DNA of 63,804 nt, the filler included, from Phoronis australis (taxonomy: Eukaryota > Animalia > Phoronida): assembly GCA_002633005.1 (NCBI GenBank). It is 8 parts of 8 records of this genome, joined end to end, with 100 filler letters (N's around TTAATTAATTAA, not from the genome) between each part and the next. Parts side by side here need not be neighbours in the genome. Positions count along the whole stretch, not along the records: positions 49,148 to 53,339 come from NMRA01000756.1; positions 53,440 to 55,493 come from NMRA01003870.1; positions 55,594 to 61,448 come from NMRA01002262.1; positions 61,549 to 63,804 come from NMRA01003765.1; 4 more parts are not named here. The stretch is one strand, 5' to 3'. Shown here in pieces: positions 53,219 to 63,804 of the stretch (positions within the stretch are counted from its first letter, which is position 1; every line of letters begins with the position of its first letter). Below the pieces are notes generated by a model. The model saw only the letters and a program-made list of their open reading frames with translations. It did no database searches and was not told where the DNA came from. A program made the translations under genes and the position numbers.

Positions 53219-53339
53219 AGGCGAAGGCAACCTTTTTCCATGTCATTTTGAGCTAAAATATGGTTGGTTGGTTATCCAAGACATATTTTCCACTTAATTT
53301 CAGCTTTTCGTAATTTTATTAATTACTCGTCCGCTACTC
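53219..53339 (+). mobile_element. Left terminus of a long-TIR Kolobok element (continues at 61549)
   Basis: TTAA|aggcgaaggcaacc...; closely matches the reverse complement of 62192-62312. Confidence 0.8.
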
Positions 53340-53926
53340 NNNNNNNNNNNNNNNNNNNNNNNNNNNNNNNNNNNNNNNNNNNNTTAATTAATTAANNNNN
53401 NNNNNNNNNNNNNNNNNNNNNNNNNNNNNNNNNNNNNNNGGAAGTATTTCCTGCAGTGCAAAGAGATGATTTGCAATTGTGATGAAACTTAACATACAGC
53501 GTTGACTTCTTCAGCTTGGAACAAAATAATGTAATTGCTGGTACAGATCTATTTCTACTTAAAAGTTTATTGCAGAGCCACAAGAGTTCAAAATCTACCA
53601 GCTGCAGTTCGGTGTCAGCTGCGAAGTACAAAGTGAATCTACTTGACAAAATAAAATTCCATCCTATCACGGCATTACATCGTAAGTGAAGAAGATTTAT
53701 CATACAGGGCGAAGTCAACATTTCCAAATTCTCCCAACTCCACAATTGGAGGCAGAGACTAACAGCAAAGACAAGTAGTGAATGCTCATGTGTGTAACTT
53801 CCCTCAAGCACTCATCTGTTACAAAATTTGGGCATTTGAAGATTTTTTAAAGTAAAATCCCAGGAGTCGATTTCACATTGTATCCATGTGTTCATTCATT
53901 CCCTTGCATACATTCACGAGTAAGAC

Positions 53927-54025
53927 CAAGCTCGGAGGAGTAGTAGACACCAAACTGGGAGACCGGAGTTCAAACCACTGAGCAACACTGTCTCCTCCTT
54001 TTGGAGATATGGGAATTTAACCCAT
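53927..54025 (+). mobile_element. Possible degraded tRNA-derived SINE head
   Basis: A-box-like aagctcggagg and B-box-like ggagttcaaacc with tRNA-like spacing. Confidence 0.3.
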
Positions 54026-54168
54026 AATAATTATAACATGGTAATTTAATAAAAGATGAAGTACGAAAAATGTTACTCATCAAGAGGCATTAAGCTTTAA
54101 CAACACATAAATTGAGAATATTCATTTCAATCAATGAAATCTTGGGCCTAATGTGACACTTGACTTAC

Positions 54169-54893
54169 AGTTTCTTAGTCCGTGTCCCATCGGACAACCT
54201 CACTTCAATGTTGGGCAGATCCCGCCAATCAGAACCTGGGGCTAATGGGATGTGCTGCATTCTAGCTGCCACCAGAGGGCTCATCTCCTTACAGATGTGG
54301 TCTCGCAATACTGGTTGAAGCTGTTTACCACGAATCTGCAGCACAATAGTGAAAGGTCAGGAAGCAACATGACAACAGTTTGAAAATTGACCTATTGCCA
54401 GGATTTTGAGCGAAGGCTTAACCAACCAATCAGAAGGCAGCATTCTTGGCACACTGCCATTTTACTGGGCAAATTGTTTGTTTGTCGGATGTCACGGTAT
54501 TTTTTGCAAGGGGGCGGAGCTTGCGATAGGTCAATTTTATCTATGTACCAGTCTTCAAAATGCTGACAATTTCCTTCAAGTATTGCGAGAAAGCGCATTG
54601 GTTCCAAAGCAAAGTATGTGGCTTTAAAAGACACTGCAGACATAGTGCAATGATGAAAAGCCAGAATTTTTTATTTCAGAAATTAGTAAAAACAAAGGAA
54701 AAAATGTTTCAAAGAAGGATTTTTGACAGCATTCATTTCCTACCTGCTTCTGGAAGTGAGACATGGCATCACAGCTGTAAGATATCTCTTCTTTCTTTGC
54801 TCCATTTTTGATGTCGGGCAGATCAGACATAGTGTCACGTACTGTGATGGTTCGGAATGGTGCTGAACTCATGCGCTGAATGTTGGACACGTA
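54169..54893 (-). CDS. DNMT1: DNA (cytosine-5)-methyltransferase 1, two exons of the catalytic domain target-recognition region
   Basis: Exon 54893-54744: [50 protein letters not shown]. Exon 54335-54169: [56 protein letters not shown]. Both are close to the conserved DNMT1 motifs [15 protein letters not shown] and [23 protein letters not shown], with canonical splice sites. Confidence 0.96.
54398..54516 (+). repeat. Dispersed repeat in the DNMT1 intron; second copy at 63666-63804
   Basis: caggattttgag..ggcttaac..accaatcagaa.gcagcattcttg.cacac..ttgtttgtttgtcg..gcaagggg shared. Confidence 0.8.
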
Positions 54894-57800
54894 CTAGAAA
54901 CAGATGGCAGTTTTTGATCAATCAAAACAAACATTGACAAGACAAGCCTTTGTGTGGTATAGATAAATTCAGTTTAACAGCTGAGTGTTCAGAGCATAAC
55001 TATTTTTTACAACATTCTTGTGATTTAAGCTAAATTTTCCAAAACAAGCTCTACTTCTTTACGGCACAACGAGTTCAGATTTTAATACTAAGAAACAGCT
55101 GCTGATAAATACCAGAAAATATAATTATACTAGTGCCTTGTAAAAATGCAATATAATTCAAGGTAAACAAAGGAGTAGCACTTTTTCAAGAACCCGGTTG
55201 GCTAGGTAACAAGGCTTGGAATGACCAATGACAAAAAAGAGGAAAATTTTCCAAGGGATGCATCAATCCACAAGTAGGCTTGTGAGAAAGAAAAAGTTTT
55301 TGTGTTGTAAAATTTGACTGAAATGAACATTGTTGCCGAGTCAAAATAATAATAAAATAGACGGCAAGAAGAAACTGGAAATCAAATAAGGGCTGTTCCA
55401 GCAAAATCTGTGTGGGAGGGGGGAAGGCAACTGAAATAAAAATTTATGGGTGGTTGCGTTTGATTTAAATTCAAAATGGCTGGTGGTCGTACTNNNNNNN
55501 NNNNNNNNNNNNNNNNNNNNNNNNNNNNNNNNNNNNNTTAATTAATTAANNNNNNNNNNNNNNNNNNNNNNNNNNNNNNNNNNNNNNNNNNNNATCTCCG
55601 TGGTGGTGAACTTGAAAGGTTTATTGATGGTGACTTGTGTTTCTACAGGTGGATAGAAGGCGGCATGTCTGTGATCTCTCCACTTGATGAAGACTATGCG
55701 AGGATAGATGAATAACGACGGGGTTTCATCTGTATCTAAAACATACAAAGGTCATTACTTGAAGCTAATGCTTTTGGAATTACCCGCAAAAATATGAGTA
55801 GCCCAATAAATATGGCTTGTAAAATTTCAGATACTTTTTTTTCTGTAAGTAACTGAATGGAGACTTTCAGGAAACGATGAGGGTTGATTATGAGGCACCA
55901 GTGACTTTTTGCCATCTGGCTGTACCAGAAGGTACATCTTTTTCAAAGCGGGTGGCAGAAGGGAACACGTTATTAGATGTGATGCATTAAAAAAAAACAG
56001 AATCGCCTCCTTGTCCTTTAGAGGTCACTAGTATACAGTCCCAACTCTATCATAATGCATGCAACATTTACGGTTGGTGTACTTTAATTGTTTTTTGTCC
56101 TTTAACTTTACATTACATTTCACTGAGCAGACGCAATGATCGGACCGAGAACGAATATGGTGTGAACTTCATGTGAGAAAGGATTAAGCAGACAAACACT
56201 AATCTGAGGAATGTTGCTTGCATAATCATTTTTACACTTAAATACATTAAGATAACAAGAAAATTAAATACGCAATAAAAATTGAAACATTGACTTTCTT
56301 GTTGCAGCTAGCGAACACTGTACAAAAATATACAATAAAATGTCGTCAATTTCAGACACAAAATGGTGGACAAGTGAAGTTTTATTTTCTCATTTTTCTG
56401 TAAAAGCAACAATGATAAATAATAGTTTGCAATGTTCAAGTTCTATAACACAGCTACCAATAGTCACTGTTTTGAAAAATTTTAAGCAGAGCACTGTTAG
56501 AAGCCACAAAGCTCAATTTCAGCAATTATTTCAGACCAGAATGGGTGAGACTTTAGACCTACTGCATAATGGTCAGTTTGAATATGAAATGATAGAACAA
56601 TACTCGCACAGAATCATTATCCTATAAAAATGATTAACTCAAACTCGCATTGAAACAAAAATATGACTTGTACTTAAATCAGAAATTCGTTTCTTCAATG
56701 TTCTCAGTAAACCAACATGAAAATGACAAAGTCAAATTTTGCAGTAAAAATCCCAAACTGTACTGCAGTCATTAAGATAAAAAGTTTTCCTAGAAAACTA
56801 CTTTATGGCCCATTTTCCTTTGAAGTGATGACACAGAAATGTATTGAAACAAATCAGATCATTGTTTCTTCATATCAGTGAACCAACGTAAAAAAGACAG
56901 TTAAATTTTTCAGTAAAAAATCCACAACCGTATGAAAACATTAAAACATTTAGAAAACTACTACATTACGGCAATATTTTTTAAAGTGGTGACATGGTTA
57001 TTTCTGTACTCACCACTAATCATAACTGATCTCTGATAATCCCTGGGCACAAACCTCCCTGCCCACGATGGGTACTGGTCAACGTCAACGGTGACCACCA
57101 CCAGGTGTTGATACAGCTGATGCGCCACTCTCTCAAGGGACTGAAACCAAACAGTGCATCTGGTGAAGCCCAAAAGTAAGAACGTGCCTCGAAAATGCTT
57201 TCAACCTAAAGGAAATTCCCCAGAAACTGGGAGAAGTTTTGTGTCAAACTTGTGAAATGGATATACATTATTCGACGAAATTTGCCTGCAAGGACTGTAT
57301 TTAGTGTGCATTAACAATAGAAAGTTCACACGATACACTTTTACATTTTTTTGCCTATAATAAAAACATGACAGCGTTATCTCGACATTTTGAGAATCAA
57401 CTGAAGTAAAGTCTCGCCACAAAATGTATGCAAACCCACCTTAGGACATTGCCAGAAGTGTCACAATAAAAACATAACCACACTGCTCTTCAATATCATA
57501 ATCATTCTCTCATCACATGTTTTTGGTTGCAATTTCTTCAATTTGTTCAAGTTTTAAGATTTTAAAAGTAATGTTTTGGATTGGATATCTAACTACTAAA
57601 TCCACAAAAACTATTCCTCTTATCTTACTAGTACCAAAAAAAGCCCGAGCATGACGAAAATGAACCACCGGACTCGCTCTGACTTACAAACATCACAAAA
57701 GAGCTAAACACTAAATATTTAAGATTACAAAACAATTACATTTATGCAAAAGTGCATACCTTGAGAAAGCGAGAACTTTGCGTTATATTTTCTGGGTGTA

Positions 57801-58337
57801 CTAAAGCCACCATGACGGGTAATTCTTCATCAAAAACGAAACTGAAATAAAAAATACAATGATTAAACAATACCAAAACCCTGCAGCCTGTTTTACAAAA
57901 AAGTCAGAACCTCAAAAACTTTTTTACATAAAGTCTAAATGAAGACTTACGTCAAGTTTCCGTTCAGACTCGTGAAGACTCTTAGCAAAAAATTTGTAAA
58001 GTTACGATACTTTTAGTGAAACAAAACCAACATTCAGCTGTTTCTCATTGTATTACACCATGGATCACGTGTTTTCCTGTGCGGTCTAACCACACAGCCA
58101 TCAACTAACTTGGCCAGTATGCAAGTCACACAAGCATTTGAGAGTAGAACTGGATTACAAAATATGGTTATTATTTGAAAGAAATAGTATTAAACTCCCA
58201 TGGTAAGTATCTGTTCGTAGCCTAAAATATGATTTAGTATTCTTTTAAATAACACACCTAGTCTATATTATGAATTGATGGCAGAAGTGAAGTTTTTCAC
58301 TAGCAGAATAAGACTCAGTAATGATGTAGTTGTAAAT

Positions 58338-59894
58338 AGCGGATTTGCAGCGCAAATGAAGTACGCATTGCGCATGTGCGAGTTACTTCCTGCGTGAAGG
58401 CTCATGGGATAGCTTGTGGTCAGGCATAATCTTGAGCAGGCTGGATAGTGTGTGCATTTGGAGTGATTTGCAAACTAAAAACCATATTTCATTTTTTTGC
58501 TTTATTATACCAAGAAAGTCCTCTCTCTCATTTGTAAACACAGCGTAGCTATGATCAGTGACCGTGTGACCCAGGGCACGACTGTCGTCATGTTCAGTAT
58601 TGGGGCTATCGGCGTTGATTTCGAAATCTCCTCCGGTTTCAGACAAATTAAGAGTTCTTGGGTTGCTTAACTTTTGTAGCTTTCGCCGTGGATATGCTAG
58701 AGACGTTAATTTTAAGAAAAAACTCCGTCGGAATGTTGTTCTCATACCTCTTTTTTCCACCAGGAAAATGTTCGCTGCACACACGATGGCCCCTAGGCAA
58801 TTACATCGCAATGGATGCCGCAGGAATTCAGGGGTGATAGTACATCCTCACAAAAAGTTACTCATTTCAAAATACAGCAAATAAAATCAAATGAACCATA
58901 CATATAGGAACACAGAGTTATAATTAACACATACCACGACTCTGGATAGAATTTAGTGAGCAAAACTTGAACAAATCGATGAAAATCTGTCGTGGTTTGC
59001 TCGAGTTTCTCTCAGTTACTGTGTGCCATTTTGGGGAAGTTACGTGAAATTACGCATGTTGACGAATAAAAATTCCAAGGGACTCACATCTTACAAGTTT
59101 CACCCGATACCTTCTCAGGCTATTTTACAGGTGTCGCGCGCCAGCGTCACGCGCTGGCATCACGCGCTGCGCTCAGTCTCGCGCTAACCAGTTTGCCTAA
59201 CTCACGTGATTCAGTTGACATGCTTTGTGGTGATCGCGTACGCGGTGATAAAATTAACGGCAACCAAAAAAGTGGAATTGTAATTCTTCGCCAAAGTCAA
59301 CTTAATTCTCACAACTAAGCTTCATCAAAGATATGTATAGAAGTAGAAAGGACCAATGATGAAAGTAAGCGTTTTTTTAAATGATAGTTTTAAGTGTAGA
59401 ATGTATTTTTGACGAGGTGAAAACTCGAAATCGGTAACCCAAATCCGGTCACGGCCCGTTTAAAATACACTGAAGTAACGAAATGAGTACAGAAAGTGAA
59501 CGAAAGTATTTTAGCCCCTATATGGCCAACCGAGGGGCTACGTGTTGCCTACTAGATGGCCCCGCATTGGTGTGAATGCGCTAAATCTCCCCTTACTCCC
59601 AGCTCTCCTAATGTTGTTTATCCATTTTTCACGAAGTTCTTGGTTTGCAGGGAACACATAAAAACTCAGATTTTTATCTCTCTTATTGTTTTTGAAGCAG
59701 CCNAACTCAGATTTTTATCTCTCTTATTGTTTTTGAAGCAGCCAGGAACACAACAAGTGTATCCGCCGTAGGTTTTCTTCGCGCTCATACCGCGTATTAT
59801 GCTTGTTACTATGGCCGCTTTCAGAATCCTGACCACAGCACCCACAATGCACCATTTTAAACTAATTTCAATATGGCGTCGCTGCAAATCCGCT
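58338..59894 (-). mobile_element. ISL2EU-type (PIF/Harbinger group) deletion derivative encoding a THAP zinc finger
   Basis: Perfect 18-bp inverted repeat aatagcggatttgcagcg (58335-58352) / cgctgcaaatccgctatt (59880-59897) including an AT duplication. Reconstructed protein MSAKKTYGGYTCCVPGC..FYVFP..LREKWINNIRR..GHRVCSEHFPGGKKRYENNIPT, with a downstream DHSY motif. Confidence 0.8.
58794..59554. mobile_element. 761-bp nested insertion with 9-bp TSD and TAG...CTA ends (AcademH-like or MULE-like)
   Basis: GATGGCCCC at 58785-58793 and 59555-59563; ends taggcaa / ttgcctacta; removing it restores the THAP reading frame. Confidence 0.8.
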
Positions 59895-61548
59895 ATTGCA
59901 CTCTTCCTAAACTTTTGCCACCAGACAAGTAAACTAGGACGTCAATCAACGGTTGTCACCTGCTCCTGGCATGGAATGCCTCTGAGGTCATGTGCGTCAC
60001 AGGCAGACGACCATGGTCTCTAGTAAAGGCTGCTATTACATCGGTACAGAACGCATGGTTGTCTTCGCATTTCTGCCCAAACTTCAAGTTGTACCTAGAA
60101 GCAAACAATTAAGTTAGAAGAACAAAGAATAATTTACTGCAGCTGCAGTAAACAGTAACAAAGAAATATCACAAAATATTTACAAAATATGACAAAATAT
60201 TGCAATATGATAGCAGTACTGCTTAACGATATGCTTTGGGGCACAAAATGCCAACTTTTTTAGGAACTAGGTGTTCAATGTAACAGAAGCAAAGCATGTG
60301 ATACGATGAAAATAGTGGACACTTAACTCAACAGCAGGCAAGATTTTTGGCTCCAAACTGAATAAGTAGTCCCTTAATCTCCTAACGTGAAATATGGACC
60401 ACTACGCCTAATTTGACAAAGTTGAAAGGCATCAGTCAAAACTTACATGTTTCAGATTTTATCAAAACTGTAGAGCCAATATGAAGGATGGTTCAAAAAT
60501 AGTTGCTGCCTTGCAATATTTTGGAGAAATCTTTCACTGCCGATAAGCCGATCACAAAAATAGTAGAAATCCTGCAATTTTGTGATGGCTTATCTGTGAG
60601 GATACACTCCTACCATTAAAATTGCACATGTCGATATAATTGTTCTTTTTACTGTAACAAACCAAACAAACAAAAAGGGAAGGGGTTTTTGTTTTTCAGT
60701 ATTTAACAGTGCCACTCAATGCAAATGCGGTGAATTACCTGTGAGGCTTGTGTAGCCTGTGAATGCCAGAATTTGATTCATCCTCCAAAGTGTCAATCAA
60801 AGTGTTACCCAGCTTGGTAAGGGTCACCTCAAGACCGTCCTTTCTGAACAGCTCAATCTGCAACCGTAAAACAACAGGAGCTTAAAAGTGCTTAAAAACA
60901 GAGCTCTGGGAAAAAGTAAAAAATGGCGAACCAATTACACTACTGGAAAATTCGCAGTCTTGACAAAATAACATTCTCATCGAATGGTGCCCAAAATTCA
61001 GCTCACATTAGTAAGCTGTAATGTGTAACATTTCTGATCTCTAAAGTTGAAAGTTGAAAGTTAACAAAGAGGTTTGGAATGTCTCACCATACTCCACCAG
61101 GGGGCATAGTTTTTGGACACAAACTCACTGTGATGTGGTCTGGGATATCTCTCCGTGTTCCACCAAGGAGCGTGGTGTTTGGATACAAACCCAATGTGAC
61201 TGGACTAAACTGGTTTTACAGCGCTAACTGTCTTCTCTCCCATATTCCAGGAGAAAAGATTCAACTGCATCATAAAGCTATTTTGGGTACGCAATTTTCA
61301 TCGCAAACATTTCCACGTAATATGTCCAACTCTCAAGAAAAACAAACCACATACAGTCTACTAATAGAATCTTCCAACCAGGATCACTGCATACTGTAGA
61401 TGACCTTTTCATCGATACCATCAAAGCCTACATCCACTACATACTAACNNNNNNNNNNNNNNNNNNNNNNNNNNNNNNNNNNNNNNNNNNNNTTAATTAA
61501 TTAANNNNNNNNNNNNNNNNNNNNNNNNNNNNNNNNNNNNNNNNNNNN

Positions 61549-62312
61549 CGTTTTGGGAGGCAAGCATTTCCCGCCAATTTCTTTTCATATAGTCTGGCTA
61601 TGAGAGCTGTCGCGTCAGTCATTGATCTACCTCCGTTGTAATAAGTTCGGTCGTCGTTTGCTTTTGTTTACAAGTCAACATGCCACACGGTTGCTGCGTA
61701 CCCGGATGTACTCATTATGGCCCAAAGCCTGTAAGCAGCCCTGTTGCAATGTTAAGTAGTGGGAGTGAATACAGGTCCAGTCAGTGAAGAGTACAGTTCG
61801 TCGTTCAATGAACAGATCGGTGAGCCAAACTTTGATAAGTTTACTGTGGACTTGTTTAAAGTATTGGAGTTATTTAGAAGGTGCCAGGTGTCTGGCGAGG
61901 GAGTCACACTGCGGGATGTAAGCAGTTTGTGTGCTCAGGTCACTATCCAGTGGGAGTGTGTCGCGGTACACTCGGGCAAATGGGACAGTTGTTCCTCTGT
62001 CCGTGAGACAATAATGCGTACATCCCGGTATGCAGCAACCGTGTGGCATGTTGACTGACTCATAAACAATAGCAAACGACGACCGAACTTATCACAACCG
62101 AGATAGAACAATGACTGACTTGGCAGCTCTCACAGTCAGACTATATGAAAAGAAATTGCCGAAATGCTTGCCTCCCAAAACGTCACTCCCGGAGTAGAGA
62201 ACGAATAGTTAATTAAATTACAAAAAGCTGTAATTAAGTGGAAAATTTGTCTGGGATAACCAACGAACCTTATTTTTGCTAAAAAAGACATGAAAAAGGG
62301 TTGCCTTCGCCT
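61549..62312 (+). mobile_element. Kolobok-type deletion derivative with long TIRs, THAP start and transposase N-terminal remnant
   Basis: 61549-61711 is the inverted copy of 62018-62182. ATG 61680 reads MPHGCCVPGC. The internal frame KFTVDLFKVLELFRRC..QWECVAVHSGKWDS resembles the Cys/His region of Kolobok transposases. Ends ccttcgcct|TTAA at 62313-62316. Confidence 0.75.
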
Positions 62313-63804
62313 TTAAAAATTCAGTGTTGTTACCCAACGATGTGAGCCGCAATTGTACAAGTGCCAGTCAGTGCCATTATATAACTCATAGTTCTATTGT
62401 GCTCCCAAATGACTTCTGGTGACTGAATAGAGCACTTTTACGCGTAATGATTTCACCATTAGCAAATAGTTTTTTCATCTGTGTTAACAACAGTAACAAC
62501 AATCACCACCGCAATATTAATCAGCAATTTTCAATGGCTCACACTGAATTTTGGAATGAGCAAAAGCTAATTCTAATGGCTTGTGTACGAAATTTTGGAA
62601 CTGACAAAAATTAATTTCTTCTTTTCACTTTCACTGGAATGAATGATTGATGTTAAAAACCAAGAGTACCACAATTATTCAATACATACAGGTATGGAAG
62701 TAATCAAACACTGCTCATTGATAATGCTGAATGAGATGTCAGCAAAGAGAGAGACAATGGAAATTTGAAATCCCTTCTGTAGCAAAAGCTTGAACCCGGA
62801 CTTAGAAACACACAAGGAGAAAACTGATGTTCCCAGAGAAGGTCGTGAAAAATCTTATTGACAAGTATGGGTAATGAGCCAAATATCTGCAAAATTATAA
62901 ATTTTAACTCAGTAAGAGTTTATATTTCCTGAAAATAGAAAGCCTGGAGAAATTGATTTTCGACTTTTCACAAATCTGGCATAGATTGAGTCACGTGGCC
63001 ATGTTTTTTTTTTTGTAAAATTTAGCCAAAAATAAGGTACATTGGTAGGGAAACGAGGATGCCAGTAAGATTATCACATATAAATGTTCTAAGTAACAGT
63101 TTTCTAAATAGTGTTTTTGAGAACGATGCACAAAGCATAGTATCTGAAAATTTTGTATGAATTTAATAAGTCAAATTTGGTCATTTTTCCATGATCCCAC
63201 ATAACTATAGTCCCGTTAGACATCAACTTTTGGCCCGGCACAACCGACACAGACCAAATTGATCAGTGTCAAGCAACCGTTTACACACACAACTCACTAA
63301 CTGTGGCAAGACTGAAGTTGCAGGCTGGAGAGTGGATCACACTTGCGCAGGTTTACAAATTGCGGGAGTTGCAGAGACAGAGAACCCGTATGTAGGTCAT
63401 TGCACAAGCGCAGCAGAGATGATCCTGTCCGCCTTGCCTCACTTTCGCGTTTAGACATATAACTGACACGGAGCAAGATGATCGAGCGCAAACTCCTCTT
63501 CCTCACAAACGGGTGGCAAAAGTTGTCACTGCGATGTCAATTTCCTCTATGTGCAAAATTACAACCTATTTACAACCCCGGAAAATGGGACAGACTAATT
63601 TCACAGGAAATAAGAGTCTTCTGGAAAGTAAGTGTCATTGCAGAACCTCCACAATTGACCTATCGTCAGGATTTTGAGTGACGGCTTAACTGACCAATCA
63701 GAATGCAGCATTCTTGACACACCTTCGTTGCCATTCTACCCAACAAACAATATGCTACCACTGGAAAAACTTATTGTTTGTTTGTCGACATTTCGCAAGG
63801 GGGC

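Larger units (their letters stand above)
55594..60857 (-). pseudogene. Multi-exon thioredoxin-like/PDI-family gene, partly decayed
   Basis: Exons 60857-60739 (IELFRKDGLEVTLTKLG..), 57841-57760 (FVFDEELPVMVALVHPENITQSSRFLK), 57159-57014 (CTVWFQSLERVAHQLYQHLVVVTVDVDQYPSWAGRF.., Trx helix-strand pattern) and 55735-55594 (phase-compatible with the previous one). Intervening exons at ~58076-57951 and ~57588-57440 contain stops/frameshifts; the latter ends FWQCP, a possible CxxC across the junction. Confidence 0.5.

Noticed and set aside
53392-53811. 139-aa minus-strand ORF with YTHE as the next DNMT1 exon
   Set aside because: It lacks the expected NG..GALRGVC motif, and the phase-2 acceptor frame begins with a stop
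59662-59742. 40-bp direct repeat inside the THAP gene
   Set aside because: The copies are separated by a single N, typical of an unmerged contig overlap

Overview
Draft-assembly eukaryotic (animal, most likely marine invertebrate) genomic DNA, AT-rich and intron- and transposon-rich. One 640-N gap and seven identical 100-nt spacers (N...TTAATTAATTAA...N) split it into pieces, so adjacency across spacers is not guaranteed. Most ORFs in the six-frame track are noise; the real genes have to be rebuilt from GT-AG exons. Supported content: (1) a spliced TICAM/TRAM/TRIF-type TIR-domain adaptor gene (34267-43324, +) whose first exon sits inside a dense NF-kB/IRF/AP-1/CRE motif cluster; (2) a damaged single-pass receptor gene with three FN3 exons, symmetric mini-exons and a TM exon (6441-11792, +); (3) a second single-pass membrane gene with an in-frame TAA (47230-48718, +); (4) two intact DNMT1 catalytic-domain exons (54169-54893, -); (5) a decayed thioredoxin-like multi-exon gene (55594-60857, -); (6) three candidate alternative phase-2 first exons of an unidentified gene (17430-26885, +). 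DNA transposon relics include Helentron/HINE repeats carrying CTCF-like motifs, two THAP-bearing Kolobok-type elements, an ISL2EU-type THAP element split by a nested 9-bp-TSD insertion, and Harbinger and hAT MITEs. All family assignments come from motif recognition by eye; no database search was run.
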